59,860 nt of DNA from Solimonas sp. (lineage in GTDB: Bacteria > Pseudomonadota > Gammaproteobacteria > Nevskiales > Nevskiaceae). A program made the position numbers and the translations under genes. The notes beneath the pieces were generated by a model. That model had not been told where the DNA came from, made no database searches, and saw nothing but the letters and a program-made list of their open reading frames with translations. Each line of letters starts with the position of its first letter. The stretch's first letter is position 1. Below are positions 8,910-20,547 of the stretch, one piece after another. The DNA lies in assembly GCA_041612095.1 (NCBI GenBank), contig JBFJJW010000001.1:1-59860 (forward strand), read 5' to 3'.

Positions 8910-11600
8910 CTAGCCTCCCCCGACCGTAACGGCCGCGCCGTCCAGCAGGAACGGCAGGCCGGCGGCGCCCGCCGGTAGGCCGACGAAGCCCGCGGGCAGC
9001 GTGGCGCTGATGCGCGTGGGCAGCTCCAGCACCTGCCCGCCGGTCTCGATCCGGGCGCGGCCGTTGACGCCCAAGCGCGCGGCGTCAGCCGCGTTCAGCG
9101 TCACGCAGACTTCACCGGCGCGCTCGTGTATCGGCAGCGCCCGCTGCGACAGCTCCTCCGTACCGAAATGCTGGCGCAGCAGCAGCAGTCGCAGACCGGA
9201 CACCCGCGCGGACGCCTTCGGCGGCGCGAAGTACGGCAGACCGCCACCAAGGGCCAGCAGCTGCACGCCGGCATCGCCGCCACGCAAATGGCCGCCGACC
9301 TCGTCCTGGAACTTGTTCCAGGCAGACGGTGAGTTCCATCCCGGGGACCAGGCATAGGGCGTCAGGGCCGCGGGACGATCCTGGGCGCCGACCCCGTTGT
9401 AGCCTTCCATCGAAAACGCTAGTGCCGTGTCCGCGTCCTGGGGCTGGCGCGGTTCGCTAACGGCCTGATTGGCGCGCATCGCGGTACGCCCGGAGTAACG
9501 GTGCGGTTCGCGGGCGACTTTCATGCCATTGATGCGGAAGCTGGCCAGAGGCGCTGCCGTGACCATCCCCGCCAGCGCAGGCAGCGCCGCGGCGCAGGCC
9601 GCCGTGACCTCGTCCAACGTGCTCCAGCTGCGCGCGCCCAGCCGGGCAATCCAGCGCCACGACTCGGTGATGCTGAGCGCAGCGTCGTAATACCGCGGCT
9701 CGAACACCTGAAAGTAGCGCTGCACGCGCCCTTCAAAATTGACGTAGCTGCCATCGCCTTCGAACGCGGTTGCGGCCGGCAGCACCAGATTGGCACGGGC
9801 GACGGTCGACGTGGCCTGGTGGTCAACGACCAGCACCCGCGCCTTGGCGAGGGCGGCATCGACCCGCGCCTGTGGCGCACGCCGGTACAGATCGTTCTCG
9901 AGCACGACCACTGTGTCCGCGGCACCGCTCTCGAGTTGCTCCAGAGCCTCATCCAGTGTGCCGGCGGCCATCATCGCCAGGCCGAGACTATTGGCCTCAC
10001 CGACAACCAGCGACAGACGTGTCGCAGCGTTTCGCCGATGCAGTGCGATGGCGACGTTGGTCGCGGCCTCGATCACGGCGGCGGAGCCGCAGCCCGTGCC
10101 GGACACCACGACCGGATGCCGCGCAGCCATCAAGCCGTCGGCGATGCGCTGCGCCTGCTGTATCAAGGCCGCGTCCAGCCCATCGATCGCCGGCGCGTTG
10201 CCGTCGATGCAGTGCGCGACCGCATGCCCCAGACGCGCCAGCTCCAGCGGCGGCGCATGGCAGGTCTCACGCGCAATGTCATCCAGCCGCGTCGCCTCAA
10301 CGCTGGCTATGAACACCGGATTGAGCTCACGCTGCACCAGATCGGCCAGCGCGATCACCTGCCACTCGGCCAGGTTCTTCTGCGCGCCCAGGTCGCGCGC
10401 CTTGCCGCGCGCAGTCTGGCGCAGCGCCAGCGCCACCCGCGCCGCGGTACTGGTGACATCCTCGCCCAGTACGAAGGCGGCGTCGGCCCCCTCAATGGCG
10501 CGAACATCCGCCACCGGGACCCCGGCGGCCTGCAGCACCTGCAGCACCCGCGCGTCGAGCCGCTGCTCTGCGTCGGCCACGCCGCTGTAGAAATGATCGG
10601 CACCGACCAGCTCGCGCAAGGCGTAATTAGCCTCCAGCGACGCGCGCGGCGAGCCGATGCCAATCAGCCGCTTGGCATCAGTCACCAGAATTCGTGCCTG
10701 CTCCAGTGCGACGTCGGCATCGACGCGGCCCAGCTCACCATCGCGGCGCAGCAGCGGCTGTCGCGGTCGGTCCTTGCGGTTGGTGTAGCCATAGCCGAAG
10801 CGGCCGCGGTCACAGAGGAAATAGCCGTTGAGATCGCCGTGATAGCGGTTCTCGATGCGCCGGATCTCGCCATAGCGCTCACCCGGGGAAATATTGCAGC
10901 CGACGGCGCAACCCGTGCAGATGCTGGGCGCGTACTGCATGTCCCACTTGCGGTTGTAACGCTCACCGTGGGTTTTGTCGGTAAACACGCCGGTGGGGCA
11001 TACCTCGGTGAGGTTGCCGGAGAATTCGCTCTCCAGCGTGCCGTCCTCGACGCGCCCGAAATAGACATTGGCCGCCGCACCGTAGACGCCGAGATCGGTG
11101 CCGCCCGCGTAATCCTTGTAGTAGCGCACACAGCGGTAGCAGGAGATGCAGCGGTTCATCTCATGCCCGATGAACGGCCCCAGCTCCTGATTCAGGTGCG
11201 TGCGCTTGTCGAAGCGATAGCTGCGGCTGTGGTGCCCGGTCATCACCGTCATGTCCTGGAGGTGGCAGTGCCCACCCTCCTCGCAGACTGGACAGTCGTG
11301 CGGATGATTGGTCATCAGAAACTCGACCACCGCGGCCCGGAACTGCTTTGCCTCCTCGTCCGCTATCGAAATCCAGGTGCCGGGAGACGCCGGCGTCATG
11401 CACGACATCACGATGCGGCCCTGGGCATCGTTCTCGTCGCGGTACTGCTTGACCGCGCATTGCCGGCAGGCACCGACGCTGCCCAGCGCCGGATGCCAGC
11501 AGAAGTAGGGGATGTCCAGGCCCAGCGACAGACAGGCCTGCAGCAGATTGTCACTGCCATCGACCTCGTACTGCTTGCCGTCTACGTGAATGGTGGCCAT
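8910..11600 (-). CDS. nuoG: NADH-quinone oxidoreductase subunit G (long form with N7 cluster motif)
   Basis: [36 protein letters not shown], and N7 motif CTGCAVGC…C; 896 aa. Confidence 0.97.
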   Translation of the reverse strand: MATIHVDGKQYEVDGSDNLLQACLSLGLDIPYFCWHPALGSVGACRQCAVKQYRDENDAQGRIVMSCMTPASPGTWISIADEEAKQFRAAVVEFLMTNHPHDCPVCEEGGHCHLQDMTVMTGHHSRSYRFDKRTHLNQELGPFIGHEMNRCISCYRCVRYYKDYAGGTDLGVYGAAANVYFGRVEDGTLESEFSGNLTEVCPTGVFTDKTHGERYNRKWDMQYAPSICTGCAVGCNISPGERYGEIRRIENRYHGDLNGYFLCDRGRFGYGYTNRKDRPRQPLLRRDGELGRVDADVALEQARILVTDAKRLIGIGSPRASLEANYALRELVGADHFYSGVADAEQRLDARVLQVLQAAGVPVADVRAIEGADAAFVLGEDVTSTAARVALALRQTARGKARDLGAQKNLAEWQVIALADLVQRELNPVFIASVEATRLDDIARETCHAPPLELARLGHAVAHCIDGNAPAIDGLDAALIQQAQRIADGLMAARHPVVVSGTGCGSAAVIEAATNVAIALHRRNAATRLSLVVGEANSLGLAMMAAGTLDEALEQLESGAADTVVVLENDLYRRAPQARVDAALAKARVLVVDHQATSTVARANLVLPAATAFEGDGSYVNFEGRVQRYFQVFEPRYYDAALSITESWRWIARLGARSWSTLDEVTAACAAALPALAGMVTAAPLASFRINGMKVAREPHRYSGRTAMRANQAVSEPRQPQDADTALAFSMEGYNGVGAQDRPAALTPYAWSPGWNSPSAWNKFQDEVGGHLRGGDAGVQLLALGGGLPYFAPPKASARVSGLRLLLLRQHFGTEELSQRALPIHERAGEVCVTLNAADAARLGVNGRARIETGGQVLELPTRISATLPAGFVGLPAGAAGLPFLLDGAAVTVGGG

Positions 11601-11606
11601 GGCTGC

Positions 11607-12911
11607 TCAGGCGGCGGCCGGCGTGACCGCCAGCCCCGCTTCGAATTCGCTGCGGAAGAATTTCAATGCCGATTGCAACGGCTCCATCGCGCCCGGCGCA
11701 TGCGCGCAGAACGTGCGGCCGGGGCCCAGCAGACGGGTGAGGCTCTCGAGCTGGCGCAGGTCTGCTGGCTGCCCCTGTCCGCGTTCCAGGCTTTGCAGCA
11801 GACGCACGGACCAGGGCAGGCCGTCGCGGCAGGGCGTGCACCAACCGCAGGATTCGCGTGCGAAGAACTGCTCGAGATTGCGCACGACCGACACCATGTT
11901 CTGGCGATCATCGACTGCCGTCAGCTGCCCGGTACCCATGCGGCTACCGGCGCGGGCGATGCTGTCGAAGTCCATCGCCAGATCCAGATGCTCCGGCAGC
12001 AGAAAATCGGTGGACGCGCCACCGGGCAGCCAGGCCTTGAGCTGGTAGCCATCCTTCATGCCGCCGGCATGTTCCTCCAGTATCTCGCGCGCGCTGCTGC
12101 CGATCGGCAACTCGTAAACACCGGGCCGCTTCACGCGGCCGGAGGCGCCATAGAGCTTGGTGCCGCCGTCCTTGGATTTGCCCTGCGAGAGATTCTTGAA
12201 CCACTCGGCGCCATTGACGACGATCGGCGGCACATTGCACAGCGACTCCACGTTGTTGACGACCGTGGGGCGCCCCCACAGACCTGAAATCTGCGGAAAG
12301 GGCGGCTTGGCGCGCGGTGTCGCGCGGCGCCCTTCCAGTGAATTGATCAGCGCGGTTTCCTCGCCGCAGATGTAGCGGCCGGCACCGGTGTGCACGTGCA
12401 CCTGGTAATCCCAGCCCGAGCCGAGGATGTTCTTGCCCAGCAGCCCCGCCGCGCGTGCCTCGGCAATTGCCTGATTGAGGCGCTGGGCCGCGACGACATA
12501 CTCGCCGCGCAGGAAGATGTAACCGGTGCTGGCCTGTATGGCATAGCCGGCAACCGCCATCGCCTCTACCAGCTGATGCGGCGCGCCTTCCATCAGCAGC
12601 CGGTCCTTGAAGGTGCCCGGCTCCATTTCGTCGGCATTGCAGACCAGATACTTGATGCCCGCGTCCACGCCACCCGGCTGCGACATCGGCACCAGGCTCC
12701 ACTTCACCCCGGTAGGAAAGCCGGCGCCGCCACGACCGCGCAGATTGGCGTCCTTCACCCGCGACTGCAGTTCCAGCGGCGGCAGCTCCTTGATCGCCTT
12801 GCGCAGCGCCGCATATCCGCCCGTGCGCTCGTAGGCCTTGAGGTCCTGCGGCTGCTTGACGTCGACCCGAGCCGTCAAAGGCTGGCTCAGCAGCTTCTGC
12901 TCAAGATTCAT
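11607..12911 (-). CDS. nuoF: NADH-quinone oxidoreductase subunit F
   Basis: [41 protein letters not shown]. Confidence 0.98.
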   Translation of the reverse strand: MNLEQKLLSQPLTARVDVKQPQDLKAYERTGGYAALRKAIKELPPLELQSRVKDANLRGRGGAGFPTGVKWSLVPMSQPGGVDAGIKYLVCNADEMEPGTFKDRLLMEGAPHQLVEAMAVAGYAIQASTGYIFLRGEYVVAAQRLNQAIAEARAAGLLGKNILGSGWDYQVHVHTGAGRYICGEETALINSLEGRRATPRAKPPFPQISGLWGRPTVVNNVESLCNVPPIVVNGAEWFKNLSQGKSKDGGTKLYGASGRVKRPGVYELPIGSSAREILEEHAGGMKDGYQLKAWLPGGASTDFLLPEHLDLAMDFDSIARAGSRMGTGQLTAVDDRQNMVSVVRNLEQFFARESCGWCTPCRDGLPWSVRLLQSLERGQGQPADLRQLESLTRLLGPGRTFCAHAPGAMEPLQSALKFFRSEFEAGLAVTPAAA

Positions 12912-13450
12912 GGGTAGGCCTCCAGAATCCGGTCCAGCGATTCGGGGCTCAGGTCGCCATGCAGATCGTCGTCGATCATCAGCGTCGGCCCCTTGTCGCA
13001 GGCGCCCAGACAGCAGATGGGCAGCAGGGTGTAGCGTCGATCCGCCGTGGTCTGCCCGTAGCGGATGCCCAACTTCTGTTCCAGCGCACGCAGGACATCC
13101 TCGTACCCGGTCAGAAAGCAGCTGATGCTGTCGCAGACCTTGATGACGTGGCGCCCCACCGGTTGCCGGAAGATCAGGCTGTAGAACGTGGCAACACCCT
13201 CGAGATCCGCCGCGCTGATGCCGATCATCGCCGCCAACGGCGCGATCGCCTCATCCGGCACCCAGCCGCGCCGCTTCTGCACCGCCTTCAGCGCGTCGAT
13301 GCTGGCTGCGCGTCCGTCCGGGTAGTGGCTGAGCGCGTGTTCGATGTCATGCCGCTCCTCGTCGCTGAGCGCGAAGGGCGCACCCGCCGCAGACGGCTGC
13401 GCCAAAAGGTCGGCGAGCTTGATCACGCTTGGGTTGGCAGGCTGGCTCAT
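12908..13450 (-). CDS. nuoE: NADH-quinone oxidoreductase subunit E
   Basis: VATFY, CDSISC…CLGAC 2Fe-2S ligands; start 13450 or 13465. Confidence 0.95.
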   Translation of the reverse strand: MSQPANPSVIKLADLLAQPSAAGAPFALSDEERHDIEHALSHYPDGRAASIDALKAVQKRRGWVPDEAIAPLAAMIGISAADLEGVATFYSLIFRQPVGRHVIKVCDSISCFLTGYEDVLRALEQKLGIRYGQTTADRRYTLLPICCLGACDKGPTLMIDDDLHGDLSPESLDRILEAYP

Positions 13451-13451
13451 A

Positions 13452-15245
13452 TCAACGGTCGACATCGGCCATCACGAAGTCTATGGACGCAATATAGGCA
13501 ATCAGGTCCGGCACCATCTGCCCGCGTATCGCGCTCGGAATCTGCTGCAGATGCGGGAAACTGGGTGTGCGAATCCGCGTACGGTAGCTGCTGGTGCTGC
13601 CGTCACTGGTCAGGTAGTAGCTGTTGATGCCCTTGGTCGCTTCGATCATCTGCCCGGTCTCTCCCGGCGGCATCACCGGCCCCCAGGTCACGCCGAGGAA
13701 GTGCGTGATCAAGGTCTCGATGTCCTTGAGCGTGCGCTCCTTGGGCGGCGGACAGGTCAGCGGATGGTCGGCCTTGTAGGGGCCGCTGGGCATGTTGTCG
13801 AGGCACTGCCGGATGATGCGGACGGACTGGCGCATCTCCTCCACGCGCACCAGCGCACGGTCGTAGACGTCGCCATTGCTGGCGGTCGGCACCTCGAAAT
13901 CGAAGTTCTCGTAACCCGAGTACGGCCGCGCCTTGCGCAGATCGTAGTTGCAGCCGGTCGCGCGCAGGCCAGGACCGGTGACGCCCCAGTCGATCGCTTC
14001 GGCGGTGTTGTAGGCGGCGACATTGCGCGAACGGGCAACCAGGATGCCGTTCTCCAACGCCGCCTTCTGATACTCGTCCAGGCGACGCGGCAGGTAGTCG
14101 CAGAAGTCGCGCACCAGCTTCTCCCAGCCGCGGGGCAGATCATGCGCGACGCCGCCGATGCGGAACCAGGCCGGATGCATGCGAAAGCCGGTGATGGCCT
14201 CGATCACGTCATAGGCTTTCTGGCGATCAACGAACATGTAGAACACCGGCGACATCGCGCCGACGTCCTGACAGAAGGTGCCATAGAACAGCAGGTGCGA
14301 GGTGATGCGGAAGAACTCGCACAGCATCACGCGGATGGTCTTGACGCGCTCCGGCACCTCGATGCCAGCCAGCTTCTCCAGCGCCATCACGTACGGCAGG
14401 TTGTTCATCACCCCGCCGAGGTAATCAATGCGGTCGGTGTACGGGATATAGGTGTGCCAGGACTGGCGCTCGCCCATCTTCTCGGCGCCGCGATGGTGGT
14501 AGCCGATGTCCGGCACGCAGTCGACGATCTCCTCGCCATCGAGCTGCAGCACGATACGGAACGCGCCGTGGGCCGACGGATGATTGGGGCCGAGATTCAG
14601 GAACATGAAGTCCTGCTCCTCGGTGCCGCGCTTCATGCCCCATTCCTCGGGCTTGAACAGCAGGGCATCCTGATCCAGATCCTGACGCATCTGATCCAGC
14701 ACGAACGGATCAAATTCGGTGGCGCGCGCCGGGTGCTCCTTGCGCAGAGGGTGCCCTTCCCAGCGCGGCGGCAGCACGATGCGGCGCAAGTTCGGGTGGC
14801 CATCGAAGACGATGCCGAACAGATCCCAGACCTCGCGCTCGTACCAGTTGGCGTTGACGAAGACGCCCACGCAGCTCGGGAGATTCGGGTACTCGCCCCG
14901 CAGTGCAACCTTGAGGCGAACATCACCGCCACCGCGGGTGGCGATGTCGCGGTCGATCGACAGCAGGTGATAGACCACGGTGAAATCGGATGCCGGCAGT
15001 CCGTGCCGGTGCTTGCGCGTACGTTCGTCCACGGCCGTGAGGTCGTAGAGCATCCGATATGGTTGCGGAACGCCGGTCTTCAGGTAGCGCAGCACCTCCA
15101 GCAGCCGCCCGGCCTCCAGCCACAGCGTGGGTACGCGATCGACCGTCTCCTGTCGCCGAAACGCCGCATCGCCGAAGCGGGCGACGAGCTCGCGCACCAC
15201 CTCTGGCGTGGACGCGGGCGCGGTGATCGGCAGATCGTCAGCCAC
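13452..15245 (-). CDS. nuoC: NADH-quinone oxidoreductase fused subunit C/D
   Basis: [10 protein letters not shown]…GHPLRK (NuoC) in frame with [11 protein letters not shown]…MADVDR (NuoD); GTG start with GAGG RBS. Confidence 0.97.
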   Translation of the reverse strand: MADDLPITAPASTPEVVRELVARFGDAAFRRQETVDRVPTLWLEAGRLLEVLRYLKTGVPQPYRMLYDLTAVDERTRKHRHGLPASDFTVVYHLLSIDRDIATRGGGDVRLKVALRGEYPNLPSCVGVFVNANWYEREVWDLFGIVFDGHPNLRRIVLPPRWEGHPLRKEHPARATEFDPFVLDQMRQDLDQDALLFKPEEWGMKRGTEEQDFMFLNLGPNHPSAHGAFRIVLQLDGEEIVDCVPDIGYHHRGAEKMGERQSWHTYIPYTDRIDYLGGVMNNLPYVMALEKLAGIEVPERVKTIRVMLCEFFRITSHLLFYGTFCQDVGAMSPVFYMFVDRQKAYDVIEAITGFRMHPAWFRIGGVAHDLPRGWEKLVRDFCDYLPRRLDEYQKAALENGILVARSRNVAAYNTAEAIDWGVTGPGLRATGCNYDLRKARPYSGYENFDFEVPTASNGDVYDRALVRVEEMRQSVRIIRQCLDNMPSGPYKADHPLTCPPPKERTLKDIETLITHFLGVTWGPVMPPGETGQMIEATKGINSYYLTSDGSTSSYRTRIRTPSFPHLQQIPSAIRGQMVPDLIAYIASIDFVMADVDR

Positions 15246-15258
15246 GATAGCCTCGGTC

Positions 15259-15927
15259 TTAAACCTGATCCGGGGTGCGCAGCGTCGTCTGCGCGCGGCG
15301 CTCGGCTGCCTTGGCCTCGCGCATCGCCTGCATATCGGCCTTGTAGACCCCCTGGTCGCCAATCACCCAGGACAATGGCCGCCGCTCCTTGCCGATCGAC
15401 TCCTGCAGCAGATTCAAGCCCTGCAGAAAGGCCTCCGGGCGCGGCGGACAGCCGGGGATGTAGACGTCCACCGGCAGGAACTTGTCCACCCCCTGCACGA
15501 CGGAGTAGATGTCGTACATGCCGCCGGAGTTGGCGCAGGCGCCCATGCTGATGACCCACTTCGGCTCCAGCATCTGCTCGTACAAGCGCTGCACTACCGG
15601 GGCCATCTTGGTGAAGCAGGTGCCTGCGATCACAATCAGATCCGCCTGCCGGGGTGATGCGCGAATGACTTCTGCGCCGAAACGCGCGACGTCGTGGGTC
15701 GGCGTGAAGGCCGTGGCCATCTCGACATAACAGCAGGACAGGCCAAAGTTGTAAGGCCAGATCGAGTTCTTGCGCCCCCAGTTGACGGCACCGTGCAGCA
15801 TGTCCTCCAACTTGCCGAGGAAGATGTTGCGGTGTACCTGCTGCACCATCGGATCTTCGACCTTCTCGCGCTCCTGCATCGGGTAGCGCTGGGCCTTGGT
15901 GTCGATACGCGTCAGTGTGTATTCCAT
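15259..15927 (-). CDS. nuoB: NADH-quinone oxidoreductase subunit B
   Basis: [34 protein letters not shown]. Confidence 0.98.
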   Translation of the reverse strand: MEYTLTRIDTKAQRYPMQEREKVEDPMVQQVHRNIFLGKLEDMLHGAVNWGRKNSIWPYNFGLSCCYVEMATAFTPTHDVARFGAEVIRASPRQADLIVIAGTCFTKMAPVVQRLYEQMLEPKWVISMGACANSGGMYDIYSVVQGVDKFLPVDVYIPGCPPRPEAFLQGLNLLQESIGKERRPLSWVIGDQGVYKADMQAMREAKAAERRAQTTLRTPDQV

Positions 15928-15954
15928 AGCGGGCAGGCGGCTGGCTGGGAAAGG

Positions 15955-16410
15955 CTAGTGGGGCTGCGGCGGCTTGGCCGCGCGCAGCGTGCGCCGCGTG
16001 CTGCGCGGATGCTGGGGATTGCGCGTGCGCGCTTGCGGCGCCCAATCCAGCGCTCCGATCTTCCATAGATAGACCAGGCTGGCGAGCAGCACGAGTATGA
16101 AAATCAGCGCCTCAATGAAGCCGGGCCAGCCGGATTCGCGCACGGAAATCGACCAGGCAAACAGAAAAACCGCTTCCAGATCAAAGATCACGAAAAACAT
16201 CGCAACCTGATAGAACTTTGCGGAAATGCGGACCTGCGCGCTGCCGGCGCCGACCACGCCGGACTCGAAAGGCTCGTTCTTGGCGCGGCCCCAGGCACGG
16301 CCACCCAGCAGGTACGACAGGCCCAGCATCAGACCTATCAGACCGAATACCGCCACTACGTAGACGATCAGCGACCAGGTATCAGCCGCCCAAGCCTCCA
16401 CCGGAATCAT
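15955..16410 (-). CDS. nuoA: NADH-quinone oxidoreductase subunit A
   Basis: [24 protein letters not shown]; GGAGG RBS before ATG 16410. Confidence 0.96.
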   Translation of the reverse strand: MIPVEAWAADTWSLIVYVVAVFGLIGLMLGLSYLLGGRAWGRAKNEPFESGVVGAGSAQVRISAKFYQVAMFFVIFDLEAVFLFAWSISVRESGWPGFIEALIFILVLLASLVYLWKIGALDWAPQARTRNPQHPRSTRRTLRAAKPPQPH

Positions 16411-16544
16411 GCGTTCCTCCCTGCCGGACCCTGAGGGCGTTCGCACGATGCGAGCCCACCCGTTCCGGAGGTTGATAGCGGCATTCTAGCGGACGCTCCC
16501 GTCTCTTGTGCTGATGGGCGCACGCGACGCATGGCCGCGTCGGC

Positions 16545-17975
16545 TCAGAACAGGGCGGCATTGATCCAGAAATGCGCGGCGATGCTGGCGGCGTAGCCGA
16601 GCGCAATCGCCCAGGTCCAGCGCAGATGCGCGAAGAAGGTGTAGACGCCGTGCGCCTGCCCCATGACCGCAACACCTGCCGCCGATCCCACGCTCAACAG
16701 GGAACCGCCGACACCGGCCGTCAACGTCACCAGCAGCCATTGGCCGTCCGTCATCGCCGGATTCATCGTCAGCACCGCGTACATCACCGGAATATTGTCG
16801 ATAACCGCCGAGATCACGCCGACCAGGATATTGGCGATCGAAGGCCCCAGGACGCCGTACATCAGATCCGAACCGGCCGCCAGATAACCCAGCGTGCCGA
16901 GCCCACCAACGCACAGAATGATGCCGTAGAAGAACAGCAGCGTGTCCCACTCCGCGCGCGCCACCTGCTCAAAGATATTGAAGGTGCTGGTGTTGTCGCG
17001 GGGCTGCGCCGGAGCGGTGAGCTCGTGTTCCGGCGTCATCATGCCGCCATGCTCGATGAAGTGATTCAGGCGTTGGTCGGCACGCCCCAGCACGTATCCA
17101 TAGAGCTTGAGCAAGCCAAGGCCGCCCATCATGCCCAGCACGGGCGGCAGGTGCAGCCAGGTGTGCAGTGCAACGGTAATGGCGATCGTGGCGACGAACA
17201 TGCCGATGATCACGTAACCGCCCCGCTTGACCACTACGGTTTCCTTCAGTGGCTGCGGCCGCTCCACCGGAACTGCAAGCGACATCAGCGCTGCAGGAAT
17301 CAACCAGTTGATCAGAGACGGCAGTATCAGCACCAGAAACTCCTGCGCTTGCAAATGGCCCTTCTGCCAGACCATCAGCGTGGTGATATCGCCGAACGGG
17401 CTCCAGGCGCCGCCGGCATTGGCCGCGACCACGATGCTGATACAGGACACCACCACGAAGCGGGGATTGCCCTGGCCGACGGCCATGGCCACGGAGGACA
17501 TGATCAGCGCCGTTGTCATGTTGTCCGCCATTGGCGATATGAAGAACGACAAAATGCCGGTCAGCCAGAACACCTGCCTCAGCGAGAATCCGCGCGACAC
17601 CAGCCACGCATGCAGCCGGTCGAAAACCTTGCGCTCCTGCAAGGTGTTGATGTAGGTCATCGCCACCAGCAGGAACAGAAACAGCTCGGCGTACTCGAGC
17701 AGACTGTGACGTACGGTCTCGGCGGCACCATGCGTGTCGCCGAGTTGTGCGTAGGCGATGCCGATCAGTGTCCAGATCAACCCAGCCGCCATCAGCACCG
17801 GAATCGATTTCCGCAGCCCTAGCCACTCTTCCATGATGACCAGGGCGTAGGCCGCTACAAACAGCGCGATACAGGCGAATCCGATCCAGTGCGTCGTCAG
17901 ATCGTGTGCCCCCCCGCTGGCCATGCCCGGGGCGGAAACAGTCAGCAGCGCAAAGCTCAGCAGTAGATGGCGCAT
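16545..17975 (-). CDS. nhaD: NhaD-family Na+/H+ antiporter
   Basis: LRKSIPV, LFLFLLVAMTYIN, ISPMADNMTTAL, ANAGGAWSPFGDITT, TAGVGGSLLSVGSAAGV. Confidence 0.93.
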   Translation of the reverse strand: MRHLLLSFALLTVSAPGMASGGAHDLTTHWIGFACIALFVAAYALVIMEEWLGLRKSIPVLMAAGLIWTLIGIAYAQLGDTHGAAETVRHSLLEYAELFLFLLVAMTYINTLQERKVFDRLHAWLVSRGFSLRQVFWLTGILSFFISPMADNMTTALIMSSVAMAVGQGNPRFVVVSCISIVVAANAGGAWSPFGDITTLMVWQKGHLQAQEFLVLILPSLINWLIPAALMSLAVPVERPQPLKETVVVKRGGYVIIGMFVATIAITVALHTWLHLPPVLGMMGGLGLLKLYGYVLGRADQRLNHFIEHGGMMTPEHELTAPAQPRDNTSTFNIFEQVARAEWDTLLFFYGIILCVGGLGTLGYLAAGSDLMYGVLGPSIANILVGVISAVIDNIPVMYAVLTMNPAMTDGQWLLVTLTAGVGGSLLSVGSAAGVAVMGQAHGVYTFFAHLRWTWAIALGYAASIAAHFWINAALF

Positions 17976-18121
17976 GGCAGCAACGGATCCGGTACGGTGG
18001 GGCGAGGGCGCGCGATCATAGCGATGCGCGCACACGACCGCAAAACGCATCGGAGCGCGTTGACTCACCGCCCCATTCACGCGTATATCTTCGACACCTT
18101 TACGATCAGAACCGTCCGGCG

Positions 18122-18595
18122 ATGAAGCCAGTTCTTGGCCTGACCGCAACACTCTTGACGTTCTGGCTCCTGCTGTCAGGTCAGTACACGTTGCTATGGT
18201 TGTCCTTCGGCGCAGCCTCGGTCACTTTGGTGGTCTGGCTATCGCGGCGCATGGATATTGTCGACCACGAGGCCCACCACTTGAGCCTGGGCTTGCGTGT
18301 AACCGGCTATTGGGTCTGGCTGGCCGGGGCCATACTGCGCGCGGCCGTCAGTGCGGTCAGGCGGATACTGTCGTCCGGAGCGGCCATCAGCCCGGTGATG
18401 CACCGCTTGCCCACCGGCACCATGACGCCGCTGGCGCAGGTGACCTACGCCAATTCCATGACCCTGACACCGGGCACGCTGGCCGCGGTCGTGGACGACG
18501 AGGGCATCACCGTCCATGCCCTGCACCCGGACAGCCTGCCCGATCCGGCGCTTGATCCGATGGCCGCCCGCATCCGCAAACTGGAGTCGCGCTGA
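18122..18595 (+). CDS. mrpE: Mrp Na+/H+ antiporter subunit E
   Basis: YANSMTLTPGT motif, VHAL. Confidence 0.92.
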   Translation: MKPVLGLTATLLTFWLLLSGQYTLLWLSFGAASVTLVVWLSRRMDIVDHEAHHLSLGLRVTGYWVWLAGAILRAAVSAVRRILSSGAAISPVMHRLPTGTMTPLAQVTYANSMTLTPGTLAAVVDDEGITVHALHPDSLPDPALDPMAARIRKLESR

Positions 18596-18879
18596 TGTGG
18601 CTGGCCCTGGCACTGGCGGTGCTGACGACAATGGCGCTGGCGCTGGCGCGCGCGCTGCTCGGCCCGACGCTCTACGACCGGATACTGGCGATCAATCTGT
18701 TCGGCACCAAAACCGTACTGTTCATCGCCGTCGCGGGATTCATGGCGGGGCGCCCAGAGTTCCTTGATATCGCGCTGGTCTACGCTTTGATCAACTTCAT
18801 TGGCACGGTTGCCGTGCTCAAGCTCAGTCACTACGGCGAGTTCTCGCGCGCCGAAGAGCTGCAAGGGGACGATCTGTGA
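18595..18879 (+). CDS. mrpF: Mrp antiporter subunit F
   Basis: GPTLYDRILA, LDIALVYALINF. Confidence 0.92.
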   Translation: MWLALALAVLTTMALALARALLGPTLYDRILAINLFGTKTVLFIAVAGFMAGRPEFLDIALVYALINFIGTVAVLKLSHYGEFSRAEELQGDDL

Positions 18880-19190
18880 CAGTGGTGCTGGTCGCAAGCT
18901 GGGCGCTGATCACCGCCGGCGCCGTGCTCGCACTGACGGGGGCGCTGGGCCTGTTCCGGCTGCCCGACTTCTATACCCGGACACATGCTGCGAGCATTAC
19001 CGATTCGGCCGGCGCCAGCCTGCTGCTGCTGGGCCTGCTGCTGCAGGCGGAGAGCTTTGCCGTTGGCATCCGCCTGCTGCTGATCATGCTGTTCCTGCTG
19101 TTCACCAGCCCGACGGCCGCCCATGCCTTGGCGCAGGCGGCACTCAAGGATGGCCTGAAGCCGGTGCTGGGACGGGCCGCACGCCGATGA
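18876..19190 (+). CDS. mrpG: Mrp antiporter subunit G
   Basis: RLPDFYTRTHAA, TSPTAAHAL. Confidence 0.92.
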   Translation: MTVVLVASWALITAGAVLALTGALGLFRLPDFYTRTHAASITDSAGASLLLLGLLLQAESFAVGIRLLLIMLFLLFTSPTAAHALAQAALKDGLKPVLGRAARR

Positions 19191-20191
19191 TCGGCAACGT
19201 CATCCTGGTCGATATCGCGCTGTTTGCCATCCTGCTGGCAGCAGCGCTCGGCATTGCCCACACGCGCAGCCTGTACTCGGCCGCAATGCTGGCCGGGCTT
19301 TTCAGTTTGACCTGCGCCAGCCTGTTTGTGGTGCAGGATGCAGTGGACGTCGCGTTCACGGAAGCCGCCGTCGGCGCCGGCATGAGTACCGTACTGTTCC
19401 TGGGCACGTTGGCGCTGACTCACTCGCGCGAGCGGGTGACGCCGCCGACGCGCCGCGTTCCCGCGCTGCTGGTCGCCGTCGGCACGGGGGTACTGCTGAT
19501 CTATGCCAGCCTCGACCTTCCGCCCTATGCCGATCCTGCCAATCCGGTACAGCAGCACCCTCTTACGGAGCGCTATCTGCAGACTTCGCAGCAGGAAATC
19601 GGCGTGCCCAACGTAGTGACGGCGGTGCTGGCCAGCTACCGCGGCTTTGACACGCTGGGCGAGGTTGCCGTGATCTTCACCGCCGGCGTCGCGGTGCTGA
19701 TGCTGCTCGGGCGCCTGCGTGGCAACGCTGCGGGCAGCCCCGGCACCGCGCCCGCTGGCGGCCTGCAGGGCGAGCACCGGGTGCTGCGCGTCGTCGCCAA
19801 ACTGCTGATGCCGTTCATCCTGCTGTTCGCGCTGTACGTGCAGTTTCACGGCGATTTCGGCCCCGGTGGCGGCTTCCAGGCCGGGGTGATCTTCGCAGCC
19901 GGCATCGTGCTCTATACCCTGGTGTTCGGCCTGGGGCATGCGCGCGCGGTTGTGACGCCCGGAATCCTGCGCATGCTGCTGCCGCTGGGGCTGCTGCTCT
20001 ATGCCGGCGTCGGCGTCGCCACCCTGCTGCTGGGCGGCGCCTTTCTCGACTACAACGCCCTCTCGCCTCAGGATCCGGTGCAGGGGCAGCACCTCGGCAT
20101 TCTGCTGGTCGAGGCGGGGGTGGGCATCACCGTGGCCGCTGCAATGATTCTGCTGTTCTATGCGTTCGCCGGCCGCGGGGCACGATCATGA
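19187..20191 (+). CDS. mrpB: Mrp antiporter subunit B fused to an MrpA C-terminal-like (DUF4040) domain
   Basis: DVAFTEAAVGAG, NVVTAVLASYRGFDTLGE, HGDFGPGGGFQAG; ATG 19187. Confidence 0.9.
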   Translation: MIGNVILVDIALFAILLAAALGIAHTRSLYSAAMLAGLFSLTCASLFVVQDAVDVAFTEAAVGAGMSTVLFLGTLALTHSRERVTPPTRRVPALLVAVGTGVLLIYASLDLPPYADPANPVQQHPLTERYLQTSQQEIGVPNVVTAVLASYRGFDTLGEVAVIFTAGVAVLMLLGRLRGNAAGSPGTAPAGGLQGEHRVLRVVAKLLMPFILLFALYVQFHGDFGPGGGFQAGVIFAAGIVLYTLVFGLGHARAVVTPGILRMLLPLGLLLYAGVGVATLLLGGAFLDYNALSPQDPVQGQHLGILLVEAGVGITVAAAMILLFYAFAGRGARS

Positions 20192-20547
20192 TTGCCAGCG
20201 GCTACAACTACTGGATGGCCATGGCACTACTGATCGTAGGCCTCTACATCCTGATGTCGCATGCCAACATGGTGAAGAAGCTGCTCGGCCTGAGCGTATT
20301 CCAGATGGCCGTGTTCATGCTGTACATCAGTCTGGGCAAGGTGCGCTTCGGCACAGCGCCGATCCTGGACTCCTCGATCACCGTGTACTCGCATCCGCTG
20401 CCGCATGTGCTGATCCTGACTGCTATTGTCGTAGGCATTGCCACTACTGCGCTGGGCCTGGCGTTGGTGGTTCGCATCCACGAGGCCTACGGCACTACCG
20501 ACGAAGACGAGGCGCTCGCCCTAGACCGTAAGCCCGACGCGCCATGA
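20188..20547 (+). CDS. mrpC: Mrp antiporter subunit C
   Basis: PLPHVLILTAIVVG. Confidence 0.93.
   Translation: MIASGYNYWMAMALLIVGLYILMSHANMVKKLLGLSVFQMAVFMLYISLGKVRFGTAPILDSSITVYSHPLPHVLILTAIVVGIATTALGLALVVRIHEAYGTTDEDEALALDRKPDAP

Noticed and set aside
9501-12287. 928-aa plus-strand ORF, and similar long antisense ORFs (13344-15551, 16572-17822, 42515-43681, 45015-46247)
   Set aside because: They lie antisense to well-supported genes and show no recognisable motifs; these are expected shadow ORFs of high-GC codon bias
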